DNA of 54,321 nucleotides from a virus: UHGV virus genome UHGV-0135730; one strand, 5' to 3'. Shown piece by piece: positions 52,740 to 54,321 of this stretch (position 1 is its first letter; each line of letters starts with the position of its first letter). The notes under the pieces were generated by a model. It saw only the letters and a program-made list of their open reading frames with translations, ran no database searches and was not told where the DNA came from. The position numbers and the translations under genes were made by a program.

Positions 52740-52808
52740 TTATTCACCGACCAGTAATATTACAGCGGCAGCCATTCCGATAAATAAACCTAACAGAAAA
52801 GTAACCAT
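52740..52808 (-). CDS. Small hydrophobic peptide 10 (22 aa)
   Basis: MVTFLLGLFIGMAAAVILLVGE; RBS GGGGGTGA; starts 2 nt after stop of HExxH gene. Confidence 0.5.
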   Translation of the reverse strand: MVTFLLGLFIGMAAAVILLVGE

Positions 52809-52810
52809 AA

Positions 52811-53395
52811 TCACCCCCGTTTAAAGCTCATCACACGCGGCACAAGCGCTTCTTTTGCTTTAGGCTTACGTTTGCCTTTCTTAGCTGGTTTTTTCTCTTC
52901 TTTCGGCTCCTCTGCCTGTTCAACTGCCTGTTCTGCTGCATCAGTCGCCTTTTCCGCCTGGTCTAATGCCTTCTCTACGACTTCAGCGGCCTGCATAGCT
53001 GCCAACTGTGCTTCGTTTGACTCATCCAGGATCGGGAAGAATGCGTCAAAGATGCGGCCCACCATGTAAGCATATGTCTCGTTTGCCGGATGAGTTGGAT
53101 CAGTGGTCGCAACGACGCCTACATCACTTAAAACATGGAATGTAGTGTGGGCGCATTCATGGACCAGCGTACCAAGCTCATTATCGAATACTGCGATCAC
53201 GTAGAAGTTACCGCCTTTCTCGCCAGTGCAAGTAAGCGTCAATCCTCCTGCCAGTTCAAAATCAGGTTCGATTGGGATCCCTGCCTTTTCGCAAAATTCA
53301 TAGAACATGTCGCGAGTCGGGCAGAAGAAAACTGTTGTATGCTCAAAGAGCGGGACTTTGAATTGAGGCAACTTAATGCCTTTACCCTTAGCCAT
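52811..53395 (-). CDS. HExxH-motif protein (putative zinc metallopeptidase-like) with acidic/Lys-rich tail
   Basis: VHECAHTTFH motif; C-terminal low-complexity EQAEKATDAAEQAVEQAEEPKEEKKPAKKGKRKPK. Confidence 0.5.
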   Translation of the reverse strand: MAKGKGIKLPQFKVPLFEHTTVFFCPTRDMFYEFCEKAGIPIEPDFELAGGLTLTCTGEKGGNFYVIAVFDNELGTLVHECAHTTFHVLSDVGVVATTDPTHPANETYAYMVGRIFDAFFPILDESNEAQLAAMQAAEVVEKALDQAEKATDAAEQAVEQAEEPKEEKKPAKKGKRKPKAKEALVPRVMSFKRG

Positions 53396-53601
53396 CAGAA
53401 TATTCCTCTATCCTGAAAAATATAACCCCCGCAAAACTCGACACCGCAGGGAGTGAAAACAGCTATAAAACACTGAAAACGGCGCTTAGTGAGTACCGTT
53501 TGCAGAATTTTATAAAACTGGACCTGCTTAACATCTCTGATAAACAGATCCGGGCGCTCGTCCTACGCGTGGCAGGTGAGTAAATGGCGCTTTCTTCTAC
53601 C

Positions 53602-53619
53602 CAGGTAGCGCCCGACCTG
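53602..53619. other. Near-palindromic GC-rich element in 337-bp noncoding region (cos-like candidate)
   Basis: CAGGTAGCGCCCGACCTG with outer CAGGT/ACCTG symmetry; loosely resembles lambdoid cosN GGGCGGCGACCT. Confidence 0.2.
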
Positions 53620-53732
53620 TTAATGGGACTGTTGATCCGGTGTTGCGTGTTTTTGAATTTCCGCCGTCGCTCGCGGGAAGGATTGACCCGGTTATGGCTG
53701 GCTGGCGGAAACGGCGACACGCCCACGCGCTG

Positions 53733-54215
53733 CTATTCTTTGCGTAAGCACTGCGTTTTGATGTAGCCCTGAAGCGCGATTATCTTCGCATCTTTCTCTT
53801 TTAGTTGTTCTCTGAGGGATAGATAAGCCGATTCAGCGTCGGAAGTGAGTCGACAGGCGGCTCCATCAATGGCGCTGGCGGTTCCGGTGGGGTCGGACAC
53901 TCGCACAGGTGTTGCGTTGACGCGCAGCCTGATAGTCCCGTTATCAATGCCAGTGCGCAGATCGGCAATGTCAGATCTGATAGCTTTAATCTCATCGTGA
54001 TACCTCTTATCAAGTTTTGACAGTTCGGCGTTTCGCTCCTTCATCTGCTGAATGGTTTTACTTGCCGTTTTCAGCGCGCCCTTCGTTACCGTGACTTCTT
54101 CCTGCAACCTTGCCGCCTCACCCTGGTAATAACATGTTACGGCGGTTAGTCCGGCAATAATGCAAACAACAACGGCGATAATTAACGCCTTCACCTTGTC
54201 CACGTTTCCCCCCAT
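53733..54215 (-). CDS. Rz: Rz-like i-spanin
   Basis: N-terminal TM helix then coiled coil; C-terminus aligns with lambda Rz; overlaps endolysin 3' end. Confidence 0.8.
   Translation of the reverse strand: MGGNVDKVKALIIAVVVCIIAGLTAVTCYYQGEAARLQEEVTVTKGALKTASKTIQQMKERNAELSKLDKRYHDEIKAIRSDIADLRTGIDNGTIRLRVNATPVRVSDPTGTASAIDGAACRLTSDAESAYLSLREQLKEKDAKIIALQGYIKTQCLRKE
53801..53995 (-). CDS. Rz1: Rz1-like o-spanin lipoprotein embedded in Rz (+1 frame)
   Basis: [24 protein letters not shown] lipobox, Pro-rich mature region; entirely within Rz. Confidence 0.75.
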   Translation of the reverse strand: MRLKLSDLTLPICALALITGLSGCASTQHLCECPTPPEPPAPLMEPPVDSLPTLNRLIYPSENN

Positions 54216-54321
54216 TCGCAAACGGCATATTCAACATCGCGGCGGTTTACCAGGCCTTGCCACTTCTTACCGCCAGCGTATACCCAGCGTTTAAGCTGTG
54301 CGCACGCTTCTGATTTCTTGC
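54191..54321 (-). CDS. SAR endolysin, C-terminal segment (joins 1-361 across window boundary)
   Basis: Reverse strand reads ...[43 protein letters not shown]; codon GGC spans the junction; 164 codons in total. Confidence 0.8.
   Translation of the reverse strand, partial: KKSEACAQLKRWVYAGGKKWQGLVNRRDVEYAVCEWGETWTR

Larger units (their letters stand above)
1..54321. mobile_element. Temperate lambdoid siphovirus genome, complete and circularly permuted in this window
   Basis: Full set of lambdoid modules (immunity, replication, recombination, Q, lysis, terminase, head, tail, fibres, integrase with attP-like repeats); endolysin ORF joins in frame across the window ends. Confidence 0.85.

Noticed and set aside
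53463-53726. 87-aa minus-strand ORF between Rz and the HExxH gene
   Set aside because: Arg/Ser/Pro-rich low-complexity translation with no RBS; the region looks noncoding.
1-54321. Insertion sequences or transposases
   Set aside because: No transposase-like ORF or terminal inverted repeats found; all large ORFs are accounted for by phage functions.

Overview
The window is a complete, circularly closed genome of a temperate lambdoid siphovirus (about 54.3 kb); an endolysin gene spans the window ends and joins in frame. Reading the minus strand from the cI-like repressor (15151-15798): an N-like early-left operon (ERF, SSB, two DNA methyltransferase-like genes, NinG, RusA, Q), about 4.5 kb of small ORFans, a terminator, the lysis cassette (pinholin-like holin, SAR endolysin, Rz/Rz1), an HExxH protein, terminase, head and tail genes, two tail-fibre genes, and a P4-type integrase next to an attP-like region. 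The plus strand carries the replication module (HTH paralog, O-like initiator with internal iterons, antirepressor, HTH-metallophosphoesterase, DnaB helicase, NinB, AlpA/Xis) converging on int. The most unusual feature is an array of 11 tandem, translationally coupled genes for 22-32 aa hydrophobic peptides between the HExxH gene and terS, with related mini-genes elsewhere. Four opposite-strand accessory cassettes sit in the tail operon; three have CRP-like palindromes about 60-70 bp upstream of their predicted start sites, and a recurrent TACAAAATGG motif abuts several -35 elements. All functional calls rest on remembered motifs and gene order, not on database searches; no tRNA, CRISPR or IS element was found.
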